This document shows positions 49,060 to 59,329 of a DNA stretch of 64,000 nt, in pieces. Positions within the stretch are counted from its first letter, which is position 1, and every line of letters begins with the position of its first letter. This stretch comes from Candidatus Daviesbacteria bacterium. GTDB taxonomy: Bacteria; Patescibacteriota; Microgenomatia; Daviesbacterales; UBA10151. The position numbers and the translations under genes were made by a program. The stretch spans positions 148,356 through 212,355 of the forward strand of contig JAQUSJ010000001.1 in NCBI GenBank assembly GCA_028715175.1. The letters are read 5' to 3'. The notes below the pieces were generated by a model. It ran no database searches. It had not been told where the DNA came from and saw only the letters and a list, made by a program, of their open reading frames with translations.

Positions 49060-50121
49060 ATGGTACATAACGACGATGCTAAGAAAGCCGCGATTTCAGC
49101 TGCAATGGCTCAAATTCAAAAACAATACGGCACAGGTTCCATTATGCGCTTGGGTGAGCGGGTTGAAAAATTCGCCACCGAGGTTATCTCAACAGGCTCT
49201 CTTGCTTTGGATTTAGCACTGGGTGTTGGCGGTTTGCCGAAGGGGAGAATTATAGAGGTCTATGGTCCTGAAGCAGGCGGAAAGACGACGGTTACCCTGC
49301 ATGTGATTGCTGAGGCTCAGAAAAAAGGCGGAGTGGCGGCATTTGTTGACGCTGAACATGCTTTGGATCCCCAAAGGGCGCAGAAGATCGGAGTTAATTT
49401 AGACGATCTTTTAATTTCTCAACCGGATACCGGCGAGCAAGCTTTGGAGATTGCCGAAAGCTTAATCCGCTCCGGCGGAATAGATGTTTTAGTGATAGAT
49501 TCTGTGGCAGCATTAGTACCTAGATCAGAATTGGAAGGAGAAATGGGAGATTCTTCTATGGGTGTGCAAGCCCGTTTAATGTCGCAAGCCCTTCGAAAAT
49601 TAACCGGAGCTGTTTCTAACACCAACACAATCGTTATTTTTACCAATCAATTAAGACAAAAAATTGGAGTGATGTTTGGTAATCCGGAAACTACTACGGG
49701 AGGATTGGCCTTAAAATTTTATGCCTCTATCCGTCTGGATATCAGAAGGATTGAAAATATAAAAGATGGAGATGTGGTTGTGGGTTCAAGACATCGGGTT
49801 AAAGTTGTCAAAAATAAGGTTGCTCCCCCATTTCGGATTGCAGAATTTGATATGGATGAGAATGGAATATCTCATGAAGGTGAACTTTTGGATGTAGGGG
49901 TAGAACTGGGAATTTTAACAAAGTCCGGCGCATTTATAAAATGGGGTGAAAAGCTACTGGGTCAAGGAAGACCCGCATCGATAATTTTCCTGAAAGAAAA
50001 CAAAAAAGAAGCGCAAAATTTGGAAAAAGAAATAAGAGAGGCCTGGGGTAAACAAAAAGAAGGCAAGGAAAAAATTGTAGTAGGACAGGAAGAAGAGAGC
50101 ATGATAGTAGAAACCGGTTAG
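49060..50121 (+). CDS. recA: Recombinase A
   Basis: [49 protein letters not shown]. Confidence 0.99.
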   Translation: MVHNDDAKKAAISAAMAQIQKQYGTGSIMRLGERVEKFATEVISTGSLALDLALGVGGLPKGRIIEVYGPEAGGKTTVTLHVIAEAQKKGGVAAFVDAEHALDPQRAQKIGVNLDDLLISQPDTGEQALEIAESLIRSGGIDVLVIDSVAALVPRSELEGEMGDSSMGVQARLMSQALRKLTGAVSNTNTIVIFTNQLRQKIGVMFGNPETTTGGLALKFYASIRLDIRRIENIKDGDVVVGSRHRVKVVKNKVAPPFRIAEFDMDENGISHEGELLDVGVELGILTKSGAFIKWGEKLLGQGRPASIIFLKENKKEAQNLEKEIREAWGKQKEGKEKIVVGQEEESMIVETG

Positions 50122-50125
50122 CAAA

Positions 50126-50183
50126 TGTCATTCTGAACGAAGTGAAGAATCTAATTAGATCTTTCGTTTTACTCAGGATGACA
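50126..50183. repeat. 58-bp TGTCAT...ATGACA palindromic element, copy 2 (recA-recX spacer)
   Basis: 55/58 identical to 27983-28040. Confidence 0.92.
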
Positions 50184-50186
50184 ATT

Positions 50187-50849
50187 ATGAAAATAACTCA
50201 AGTAGAACCTCAAAAGAAGAATCCGCATAGATTTAACATATTCATAGATGGAGAGTTTGCTTTTGGGGCAGACGAAGATTTGGTGGTTAACAGAAGATTG
50301 GTGGTTGGAAAAGAACTGACCACATCCGATGTGGAAAAGCTGCTATTTGAGGCAGAGGTGGGAAAACTAATGGAGCGGATGTATAGATGGTTTAGTTTGA
50401 GGCAACATTCAGAAAAAGAAGTCAGAGATTATTTTAAAATTAAGAATCAACAATCAAAAATCAAGGGTAAGGAGCAAATAAGTCAGTTAACAATGGATGC
50501 TTTGGTGGAAACTTTGAAGAAAAAAGGCATGATAAATGATCTGGAATTTGCCAAAGCCTGGGTGGAGGCAAGAAGAAAAAGTAAGAATTTAGGAATAAGA
50601 GCTTTAAGAATGGAACTTTATAAAAAGGGAATTGATAAGGAAATTATTGAGGAGGTATTGAGTGAGCCCTTCGACTTCGCTCAGGGCGAGGAAGAATTAG
50701 CAAAGCAAGCTCTTGAAAAGAAAATGAGAGTTTGGAAAAACTTAGACCATTTGGAATTTAACAAAAAGGCCTATGAATTTTTAGCAAGAAAAGGTTTTGA
50801 GTATGAGATAATTAAAGAGACAATTGAAAACTTGGCGGGAAAAGAGTAA
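50187..50849 (+). CDS. recX: Regulatory protein RecX
   Basis: Follows recA; R.HSEKEVR, G.IND.EFA..W, EL.KKGI, FLARKGF. Confidence 0.92.
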   Translation: MKITQVEPQKKNPHRFNIFIDGEFAFGADEDLVVNRRLVVGKELTTSDVEKLLFEAEVGKLMERMYRWFSLRQHSEKEVRDYFKIKNQQSKIKGKEQISQLTMDALVETLKKKGMINDLEFAKAWVEARRKSKNLGIRALRMELYKKGIDKEIIEEVLSEPFDFAQGEEELAKQALEKKMRVWKNLDHLEFNKKAYEFLARKGFEYEIIKETIENLAGKE

Positions 50850-50964
50850 AATATATTTGGAGAATCAGATAGAGTGAGTTTATGATGATGAAAATAATTC
50901 TCGACAATTTAATACTCCCTCTAAACTTCATTTAACGAAGTCTTTTTCTGATCCTCCAAAAAAT

Positions 50965-52290
50965 ATGCAAAGAACATTTGGACCGATTAAATCTAGTGAT
51001 GGCAGTGATTTCATCAAGCAAGAAGCAGAACTAGCCAAGCGTGAGGGTATTTTAGAGGAAAGAGAGCGGCAAATTGCTGAAAAGCAAAAGCTGATTGACG
51101 AGAAACTTGAGCAGTTGGAAAAAATCAGGAAAGAATTGGTTTCCAAACTGGAAAAAGTTTCTTCTGTGTCCAAAGATGAAGCCCAAAAAATACTGCTAGA
51201 AAATTTAGACCAAGAATTAGCCAGTGAGATTTCCAAAAAAATAAAAGAAGCAGAAGAAGAAATTAAGCTGCGCTCCGATGAAAAAGCTAAAGAGGTTTTA
51301 GCCGATGCCATGTTACATGGAGTAACAGACTATATATCCGAATTTACAACTTCTAAAGTGAAACTTCCTGATGAGGAAATGAAAGGGAGAATTATTGGTA
51401 AAGAAGGCAGGAACGTTAGGACGTTTGAACAAGTTACCGGTGTTGATGTGGTAATGGATGATGAGATACCGGATACATTAATTTTGTCATCCTTTGATCC
51501 GGTTCGCCGTGAAATTGCCAGAGTTTCACTTGAACGCTTAATGGAAGACGGGAGAATCCAACCGCAGCGAATTGAGGAAATTGTTGAGAAAACGAAAGAA
51601 GATGTTAATAAACTAATGCGTCAGGCAGGGGAAAAACTTTGTGCAGACTGCGGAGTTTATAATTTGCAGGTTGAGTTGGTAGATCTGGTTGGAAGATTCA
51701 AATTCCGGTATTCCTACGGACAAAATTTGATTCAACACACCCAAGAGGAAACACAAATCGGTATTGCACTGGCAAAAATGATCGGGGCTGACGTGAATGT
51801 CGTTCGACTCGGATGTTTGTTACACGACATCGGTAAAGTGGTGATTGAAGGAGATGAGGGGACCCATGTCGATAAAGGTGTACAACTGGCAAAGAAATTT
51901 GGATTACCGGAAAAAGTCGTGAGTTGTATAGCCGAACATCATGAAGATAAACCATTCTCATCGGTCGAATCCACAATAGTTTATATTGCTGATGCTATTT
52001 CTGGAGCTAGACCGGGCGCAAGACATGAGAATGTCGAGGATTACATTAAGAGAATGGATGATATAGAACAAATTGCACTGTCTTTTGAAGGCGTAGAGAA
52101 AGCATTTGCCATACAGGCCGGCAGGGAAGTTCGAGTTATTGTTACACCGGAGAGAATTTCTGACGACGAATTGCCAAAACTGGTTCATGATATAGCAGAG
52201 AGAATCTCCAAAGAAGTGATGGTTCCCGGGGCGGTAAAGATAACAGCAATCAGGGAAACCCGTTATGCTGAAAGTACAATGACTCTATAA
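50965..52290 (+). CDS. rny: Ribonuclease Y (no N-terminal TM anchor evident)
   Basis: Coiled coil, KH MKGRIIGKEGRN, HD LLHDIGK, ADAISGARPGAR, AIQAGREVRV. Confidence 0.95.
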   Translation: MQRTFGPIKSSDGSDFIKQEAELAKREGILEERERQIAEKQKLIDEKLEQLEKIRKELVSKLEKVSSVSKDEAQKILLENLDQELASEISKKIKEAEEEIKLRSDEKAKEVLADAMLHGVTDYISEFTTSKVKLPDEEMKGRIIGKEGRNVRTFEQVTGVDVVMDDEIPDTLILSSFDPVRREIARVSLERLMEDGRIQPQRIEEIVEKTKEDVNKLMRQAGEKLCADCGVYNLQVELVDLVGRFKFRYSYGQNLIQHTQEETQIGIALAKMIGADVNVVRLGCLLHDIGKVVIEGDEGTHVDKGVQLAKKFGLPEKVVSCIAEHHEDKPFSSVESTIVYIADAISGARPGARHENVEDYIKRMDDIEQIALSFEGVEKAFAIQAGREVRVIVTPERISDDELPKLVHDIAERISKEVMVPGAVKITAIRETRYAESTMTL

Positions 52291-52343
52291 AGATCGTTTT
52301 GGGGCTTGATAAAAGGCAAAACATCTGGTAATTTATCAGTTGT

Positions 52344-52616
52344 ATGACTAAGAACGAGCTTATTGAAAAAGTTGCCAAGAAAGCAAATCTTACAAAAAGA
52401 GCTTCTGCCGATGCAGTCAACAGCACTTTTAATTTAATCAGAGACGGTCTAGTCCGGGGTGAAAAGGTAGTTATAACCGGTTTCGGGACATTTCTAATAA
52501 GATCCCGGGCTGCGAGACGTGGCAGGAATCCACAAACAGGTGAAACTATTCAGATTCCTAATAAAAAGACCCCGGGATTCACTGCAGGTAAAACCCTAAA
52601 AAGACTTATTAAATAA
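52344..52616 (+). CDS. hup: DNA-binding protein HU
   Basis: MTKNELI, GFGTF, RRGRNPQTGE, FTAGKTLK. Confidence 0.97.
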   Translation: MTKNELIEKVAKKANLTKRASADAVNSTFNLIRDGLVRGEKVVITGFGTFLIRSRAARRGRNPQTGETIQIPNKKTPGFTAGKTLKRLIK

Positions 52617-52633
52617 CTCGGTTATCATTTTCT

Positions 52634-53545
52634 ATGACTAGAGTTTTAAATTCCTTTAAAGTCCGAGCAGGTAATAAAACCTTTGATTATCGTTCAGGAA
52701 AGAAATTAAATCTTAATCAGGTAAAGCTATTTTTTCAAAAAAATTATCAGGTAAAAAAACTGTGGAATGGAAACAGGCATGTTTTGGGAATTTTAACCAA
52801 GAGCGATGTAGGCTATTTCCTGAAATTGTCAACTAGCGAAGGAATTAGTGCCGTTACAAAAAATGAATATAAATGGAATGATTATTTCTGTAAATATACA
52901 GAAGTGAGTAATTACTTTGTCCCCAAAAATCATGATAGAGGTTATTATCAAAAGAAATATTTTTATTTAATCACAGATTATTTTGACGGTAAATTAATTT
53001 GTGAAATCAATGGGGATGTTAATAATCTGGTTACACATATTGATGATATTATTTTACTTTCCGAGTTAATACAAAAAATGCCCGTAGTTGAAAGTGATTA
53101 CAGAATGCGATTTATCAACAAAGTAAATAGCTGGTTTAACGATATTCCAAGTAGTATTTGCAAGAGGTATAAAATTAAAACTCTTTTGGATATTGCTGAA
53201 AAGGGAGTAGATGGATTATCCAGCAAGCCTAGACATGGGGATTTTACGCCCTGGCATATTATTAAGTTGTCTGATCATAGGCTTGGACTGATTGATGGAG
53301 AGCATTTTTTACCGGACGGTGTTGAAAGTTATGATATTTGCTATTTTATACAGAGAGTTTTTAGCGTTTTGAAAAATCCTGATATTGCCAGAAAGATTTA
53401 TGCCGAACTTATAAAAAAAGGATATAGCAAAGATAAATTAAAAGTTGTTTTGGCTGCCAGGGCAATTGGAGGATTTTTGGATGAGTCATTAAAAGATAAA
53501 CCAAATTATACATTTGCCAATAATTTTAAAAATTGGGTAATTTAG
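52634..53545 (+). CDS. Aminoglycoside-phosphotransferase/choline-kinase-like protein
   Basis: YFLK, HGDFTPWH, LIDGE kinase-fold motifs. Confidence 0.7.
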   Translation: MTRVLNSFKVRAGNKTFDYRSGKKLNLNQVKLFFQKNYQVKKLWNGNRHVLGILTKSDVGYFLKLSTSEGISAVTKNEYKWNDYFCKYTEVSNYFVPKNHDRGYYQKKYFYLITDYFDGKLICEINGDVNNLVTHIDDIILLSELIQKMPVVESDYRMRFINKVNSWFNDIPSSICKRYKIKTLLDIAEKGVDGLSSKPRHGDFTPWHIIKLSDHRLGLIDGEHFLPDGVESYDICYFIQRVFSVLKNPDIARKIYAELIKKGYSKDKLKVVLAARAIGGFLDESLKDKPNYTFANNFKNWVI

Positions 53546-53550
53546 CTTAA

Positions 53551-54780
53551 TTAGAAGGGATTTTTTGAAAGGTTAGTCATGAAGAATAGTTTAACAAGGT
53601 CTCTTGGGACGGGCAGTCCTGTCAGGAAAGGGAAAATTAAAATAAAGCTAAGTATTATTAAAAATAGAAGTAAGATAACTAACTTCCATCCTTTTTCATC
53701 ATTAAGCAGTGTATTCAGTTGGTGTCCTAAGGCAAGAGATAAAAAAGGTACGGAAGGGCTGAAGTGGTATAAAAACATAATTCTGGGAGAGGTCGCCCAA
53801 GGTAACCAAAAAGCAAGAAACCCTAAAAGAACTATCATTAAATGTATGGATCTTTTTTTAACTGCTTCCCAAGTGGTTGCTAAAATAGCAATACTTCCCG
53901 TCCAGAAAACCAAAGGATTTCCTGAAGCAAAGATATTGGCGATGGAGTTTTTTTGATAATCCACAAAATACCAGACAGGATATAAATTTAGCGGCCACGA
54001 CCACCAGAGTGAAGAATAAGGATGAGTAGCTTCCAGGTGAGTTTGGTACCACCAGATTTGGTTGTGTAGCTCAATAAAATCATTCCAGTTGTAACCCATT
54101 AAAAAATAATGGGTATAACTTAAAAAATAGACAGCTGGAGGAATTAAGAAGAAATAGATTAGTTTTTTATACTGGCGATGATATAACATAATTGGAAAAA
54201 ACATTAATACTAAAAAGATTCCGGGCCATTTAGTAGCCATGGCTACTCCCATAAAAAGAGCTGCAATAATATATCTTTTTTGGACGAAGAAAATAATACT
54301 TGCTAAAATAAAGGCTACCAAATAGACATCGTTCATGCCGATCCTGGATTGAACAAAAACCAGCCCATCAAGAGAGAAAATTAGAGTAGATAAAAGAGCT
54401 GTTGTTTCATTTTTAAATAAGATTAACGCAAGTTTGTATACCAAAAATACCGATAAGATTCCCAGTAAGGCTCCCGGCAGTCTGTAAGCCCAAGCATCAG
54501 TGGTACGAAAGATAAACATTGATGCGGTCATTATTTCTTTCTCAACAGGAGGATGCAACCACTCAAAAGCGACTCCAGGAGGAGATTTGCCCCAAGGATT
54601 CCAGGCATCCCTATTTCCTTTTAAGTATTCTTTTGCGGTATATGCATGGTAAACTTCGTCAAATACATATTTGTTTGGATAATCTAGCCGGTATAAACGC
54701 AAAAATGCCGTTACTACTAGAATAATAATTAAAATATTTTTCGGTTTTAAAATTTTTTTAAGCATGAGATTTTTTATCAT
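53551..54780 (-). CDS. Protein O-mannosyltransferase-like GT-C (PMT/GT39)
   Basis: FDEVYH, HPP, SRIGMND, KWPG, HPYSSLWWSWPL, GNP, RIMFLYH. Confidence 0.9.
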   Translation of the reverse strand: MIKNLMLKKILKPKNILIIILVVTAFLRLYRLDYPNKYVFDEVYHAYTAKEYLKGNRDAWNPWGKSPPGVAFEWLHPPVEKEIMTASMFIFRTTDAWAYRLPGALLGILSVFLVYKLALILFKNETTALLSTLIFSLDGLVFVQSRIGMNDVYLVAFILASIIFFVQKRYIIAALFMGVAMATKWPGIFLVLMFFPIMLYHRQYKKLIYFFLIPPAVYFLSYTHYFLMGYNWNDFIELHNQIWWYQTHLEATHPYSSLWWSWPLNLYPVWYFVDYQKNSIANIFASGNPLVFWTGSIAILATTWEAVKKRSIHLMIVLLGFLAFWLPWATSPRIMFLYHFSPSVPFLSLALGHQLNTLLNDEKGWKLVILLLFLIILSFILIFPFLTGLPVPRDLVKLFFMTNLSKNPF

Positions 54781-56032
54781 TACTAAACTTGTAGTATACC
54801 AAGATTAATATCCCAAAACCGAGTAAATTAAGTACAGTAAACAAGTTGTAGTATTTGTTTAATAGTTGGTATATAGAAAATGAGGAAAATTCAGAATTTG
54901 GATATACATAATTATAAAAATAATAGACATACCAGAGGTTAATAAAATGAACTAAGGACAAAATTAGATAAATAATCTTCAATTTCATTGAATTAATTAA
55001 AAATGCTGTAATTAATAAAAATGGAAAAAAAGGAAATAGATAACGCTGATGGATTCTGGTAAGAAATAGAAAAAATGCAAAACTAGCTAAAGTTATAGCA
55101 AAATATACTATATAATTATTTTTGTATCCTTTTTTGAAAACTAAAGGAAAGAGTATAAGGATTAAAGATATTAAATAAATAATCATTCCCCAGCTTTGAT
55201 ATGTAAAACTTAAGAATTTAGTTGAGTCAGGAATCCACCATCCGACAAAAGACCAAAAATTATATGAAAACATTGAGGTGTAAGGGTAAGTACTCGTGCT
55301 TTTTTGAAATAGATGGAAAAGTCCAAAAATTGGGTCTTTTAAGAAAAACGGAAAAGAAAAAATAATCAAAAAAATGGGGATTAATAATAAACTAAGGCAT
55401 TTTGGATATTTGAAATTGGCTATAAAATTAATAAGTATTACCGGAAAAATTGCCAAGCCTTGAGGTTTAACTAATATCGATAGAGCTGTGGTAGTGCTAA
55501 AGCGGTATGTCTTTTTAAGTTCTAATAGACAATATACTAAGTAGACTAGAAAAAACGCCAAAATTCCATCTACTTGTCCCCAGACGGAAGAATTAAAAGC
55601 TAAAGCCGGATTGGCAAGATAGAAAGTTGCCGAAAGTAAACCTAAGTTTTTTTTGTAACTCGAAACAATTTTGTAAATATAATAAGCAGTTGCGATATCA
55701 AAGAGATTGGTGAAAAGTTTTAAATAAACCTCAAAACCAAAACCGAATACAGATAAATGTGGAAATAAAAATTTAAACGATGCACCTAAAAACCACAGCA
55801 TGTATAAGTATCCAGGAAAATAATCTGAAAAATAGTTAGGAGCATAAAAATGGATGGGAGTGACTTCAACTAATCTGGCGCTCCAAGCTTGCCAATCAGT
55901 CATATCGATTTTAAAAGAAGGTAGAAAAATTAAGGCTAATCTCAATAATATGGCTATAAAGAGAATAGATATATTTCTTTTATTTCTTTTCAAAATGCCC
56001 ACCTTCCTTGAGTATAGAGATATGTCAAGCAA
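54758..56032 (-). CDS. GT-C membrane glycosyltransferase
   Basis: Multi-TM; DY.PGYLY, NPA...NSSVWGQVD, KPQ, HQRY. Exact start uncertain (overlap). Confidence 0.8.
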   Translation of the reverse strand: MLDISLYSRKVGILKRNKRNISILFIAILLRLALIFLPSFKIDMTDWQAWSARLVEVTPIHFYAPNYFSDYFPGYLYMLWFLGASFKFLFPHLSVFGFGFEVYLKLFTNLFDIATAYYIYKIVSSYKKNLGLLSATFYLANPALAFNSSVWGQVDGILAFFLVYLVYCLLELKKTYRFSTTTALSILVKPQGLAIFPVILINFIANFKYPKCLSLLLIPIFLIIFSFPFFLKDPIFGLFHLFQKSTSTYPYTSMFSYNFWSFVGWWIPDSTKFLSFTYQSWGMIIYLISLILILFPLVFKKGYKNNYIVYFAITLASFAFFLFLTRIHQRYLFPFFPFLLITAFLINSMKLKIIYLILSLVHFINLWYVYYFYNYVYPNSEFSSFSIYQLLNKYYNLFTVLNLLGFGILILVYYKFSNDKKSHA

Positions 56033-57054
56033 AAAAGTAGTGTAATAAAAATGGTACTAATCAAAGTCAAGACAATTTTGTTCTTAATTAAAGCTAACGT
56101 AATAAAGAAGGGGAAGAGAATTAGGGTATATCTGGGAGTGCTCATGATAAAACTAGTTGAGGTAAACAACAATAAGTTAAGAAGCATATATATTCCGTAA
56201 GACTTTCTAACACAGATATACACCAAGATGGTGGCAATAACTAAAAGAAAGATAGTAATTAGTTCCGCTAAAAACAAGTAGTAATAATCACCGGTTTGAT
56301 TTTGAAAGAAATTAATTAAATTTTGGATACTTATCCATGGCCAGGTAAGGTGTTTGTACCAATGAGACGACAAGACTTTAGAAAAATAAAAAGGGTTTTT
56401 AAAAGTTAGATAATTTATTAACAGATAAATGAAAAAACCCACAGGGATTAATATGAAAGCAATTAAATTTTTACCAACTGATTTTGTTTCTGTTAAAAGG
56501 ATCGGTAAAAGTAGAACTCCATTGATTCTTGTCATGCTGGCGAGAGCTCCAGCAAGACCAGATTGGATGATTTTTCCTTTCCTGAAAAAATATACTGTTG
56601 CTAAAGAAGTGGTTAAGAAAAGAGATTCCGTATAGGCAGATTGTAAAAAAAATGCAGTAGGAAAAATATTTAAAAACCAAACAGACAATAAGGCAACTCG
56701 TTTATTGAAATCAAGTAGAACCAGTTCATACAATAATATTGAGGCGAAAATCGAGAATATCCATGAAATAATGATGGCGCTTAAATTATAATTACCGATA
56801 AGGACGTTAAACGCCTTAATCAGTATAGGATAGAATGGATAAAAAACTATGAAAAGAGCTGGTTCTCCGATTGTTTGGTAGCCATGTTTTGCTATTTCAA
56901 TATAATGAGGGCCATCCCATCTAATCCAAGGATCAAATAAATTAATTAGGTGGGGGGTAAAAAAGAGAGGGATGCTAAATAATAGCAGCCTAACTAGAAT
57001 AGTTATAATAATAACTTCTTTCCATCTAATTAGCGCTTTGGTATTATTTCCCAT
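55990..57054 (-). CDS. GT-C mannosyltransferase (PIG-V-like)
   Basis: RWDGPHYIEIAKHGY, FYPFYP, P.AFF..AYTESLF, TR.NG, PRY. Confidence 0.85.
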   Translation of the reverse strand: MGNNTKALIRWKEVIIITILVRLLLFSIPLFFTPHLINLFDPWIRWDGPHYIEIAKHGYQTIGEPALFIVFYPFYPILIKAFNVLIGNYNLSAIIISWIFSIFASILLYELVLLDFNKRVALLSVWFLNIFPTAFFLQSAYTESLFLTTSLATVYFFRKGKIIQSGLAGALASMTRINGVLLLPILLTETKSVGKNLIAFILIPVGFFIYLLINYLTFKNPFYFSKVLSSHWYKHLTWPWISIQNLINFFQNQTGDYYYLFLAELITIFLLVIATILVYICVRKSYGIYMLLNLLLFTSTSFIMSTPRYTLILFPFFITLALIKNKIVLTLISTIFITLLFCLTYLYTQGRWAF

Positions 57055-57065
57055 AAACTCATTAT

Positions 57066-58040
<975 letters not shown>

Positions 58041-58047
58041 CCTATTA

Positions 58048-59016
58048 ATGCCACAAAAAATAGATATTTCTCATCGGACGGTTATATTTACAACCATTTT
58101 CATTTTAGCCCTTTGGATTACTTATTTAATCCGTGATCTTTTAATAATTTTATTTGTTGCGCTTATTTTTGTATCAGCGCTTTCTCCTTTGGTAAAAATT
58201 TTTGTTAAATTAAGATTACCAAAAGTTTTAAGTATCGCTATAACCTACATTGTTATAGTAGCTGCTATAGTAGGTTTGATTATCAGTATCGTGCCTCCTT
58301 TGATTGAACAAAGCACGAAATTAGTAATAACTGCCCCGGGGTTATTAGCACAGTTTTTTAACATTACAAATTTAGATAAATCTGTTTTTTCGTCAGAACT
58401 AACCTCTCTTTCGAAAAATCTATTTTCGATTACCCTCTCGGTTTTTGATAATTTATTAACAATAATTTTTTTATTAGTTATAACCTTCTATATGCTGCTG
58501 GAACAAGATAGTCTTGAAAATCGGTTTTCGTCTTTATTTAAAGGTAAAGAAGAAAGGATAAGAAGATCGATTGTAAAAATTGAAGAAAAATTAGGAGCTT
58601 GGTTGCGGGGACAATTAATTTTAAGTTTGATTATAGGTGTTTTGTCTTATATTGGCTTAACTATTCTGAATATTCCTTACGCTCTACCTCTTGCTATGGT
58701 GGCCGGGATTATGGAGGTAGTACCTGTTATTGGTCCAATAGTGTCAGCACTGCCTGCCATTTTTCTTGCACTAACAATCACTCCGGTTTTAAGTGTGGGA
58801 GTTGCAGTAATGTTTCTATTAATTCAACAACTGGAAAATCATCTGATTGTGCCACAGGTAATGAAGAGAGCAGTTGGTCTAAATCCTTTGGTAGTAATTT
58901 TAGCAATTGCTATCGGAGGCAGACTACTTGGAATTGCGGGTGCGCTGCTGGCGGTACCAATGGCGGTAGTGGTGCAAATAATCGCGGCAGAGATACTTGA
59001 AGGTGAGAAAATTTAG
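58048..59016 (+). CDS. AI-2E family (PerM/UPF0118) transporter
   Basis: WLRGQL, PVIGP, QQLENHLIVPQVM..AVGLNP, G..GALLAVP. Confidence 0.93.
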   Translation: MPQKIDISHRTVIFTTIFILALWITYLIRDLLIILFVALIFVSALSPLVKIFVKLRLPKVLSIAITYIVIVAAIVGLIISIVPPLIEQSTKLVITAPGLLAQFFNITNLDKSVFSSELTSLSKNLFSITLSVFDNLLTIIFLLVITFYMLLEQDSLENRFSSLFKGKEERIRRSIVKIEEKLGAWLRGQLILSLIIGVLSYIGLTILNIPYALPLAMVAGIMEVVPVIGPIVSALPAIFLALTITPVLSVGVAVMFLLIQQLENHLIVPQVMKRAVGLNPLVVILAIAIGGRLLGIAGALLAVPMAVVVQIIAAEILEGEKI

Positions 59017-59031
59017 TTGTATAATATACAC

Positions 59032-59292
59032 GCCTAGGAAGAAGGATGATCGGTCGCCTTAGGCGACAGGAAAGTCCAGACAGCATAAAGCAGGGTGGTC
59101 CGATGTAAATCGGACACGGGTAACCGCTAGTTAGAGCAACAGTGACGAACCGAGGTCATGCTCGGGTGAAACGTGGCAATCCTCCCCGCTGCAATCCTAG
59201 AACCGACAGAGTTGCTTGCTCAATTGTTGAAATCAGGAGCATTAGATAAATGATCGTCTAAAAACAGAATCTGGCTTACTAGCTTCCTAGGC
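59032..59292 (+). ncRNA. rnpB: RNase P RNA (minimal, ~261 nt)
   Basis: P1 GCCTAGGAAG/CTTCCTAGGC, CR-I GGAAAGTCCAG, GGGTGAAAC, GGCAATCC, AGATAAATGATC, CR-V AACAGAATCTGGCTTA; upstream TATAAT. Confidence 0.93.
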
Positions 59293-59329
59293 ATTTTTCT
59301 TCTATTTTTCTCATTGTATACTTATATAA

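Noticed and set aside
48881-49216. 111-aa plus-strand ORF, and the N-terminal extension of the EEP gene to 48889
   Set aside because: They overlap the tRNA-Pro gene, a repeat and recA.
50142-50186. N-terminal extension of RecX
   Set aside because: Lies within the 58-bp repeat; the conserved sequence begins at MKITQV (50187).
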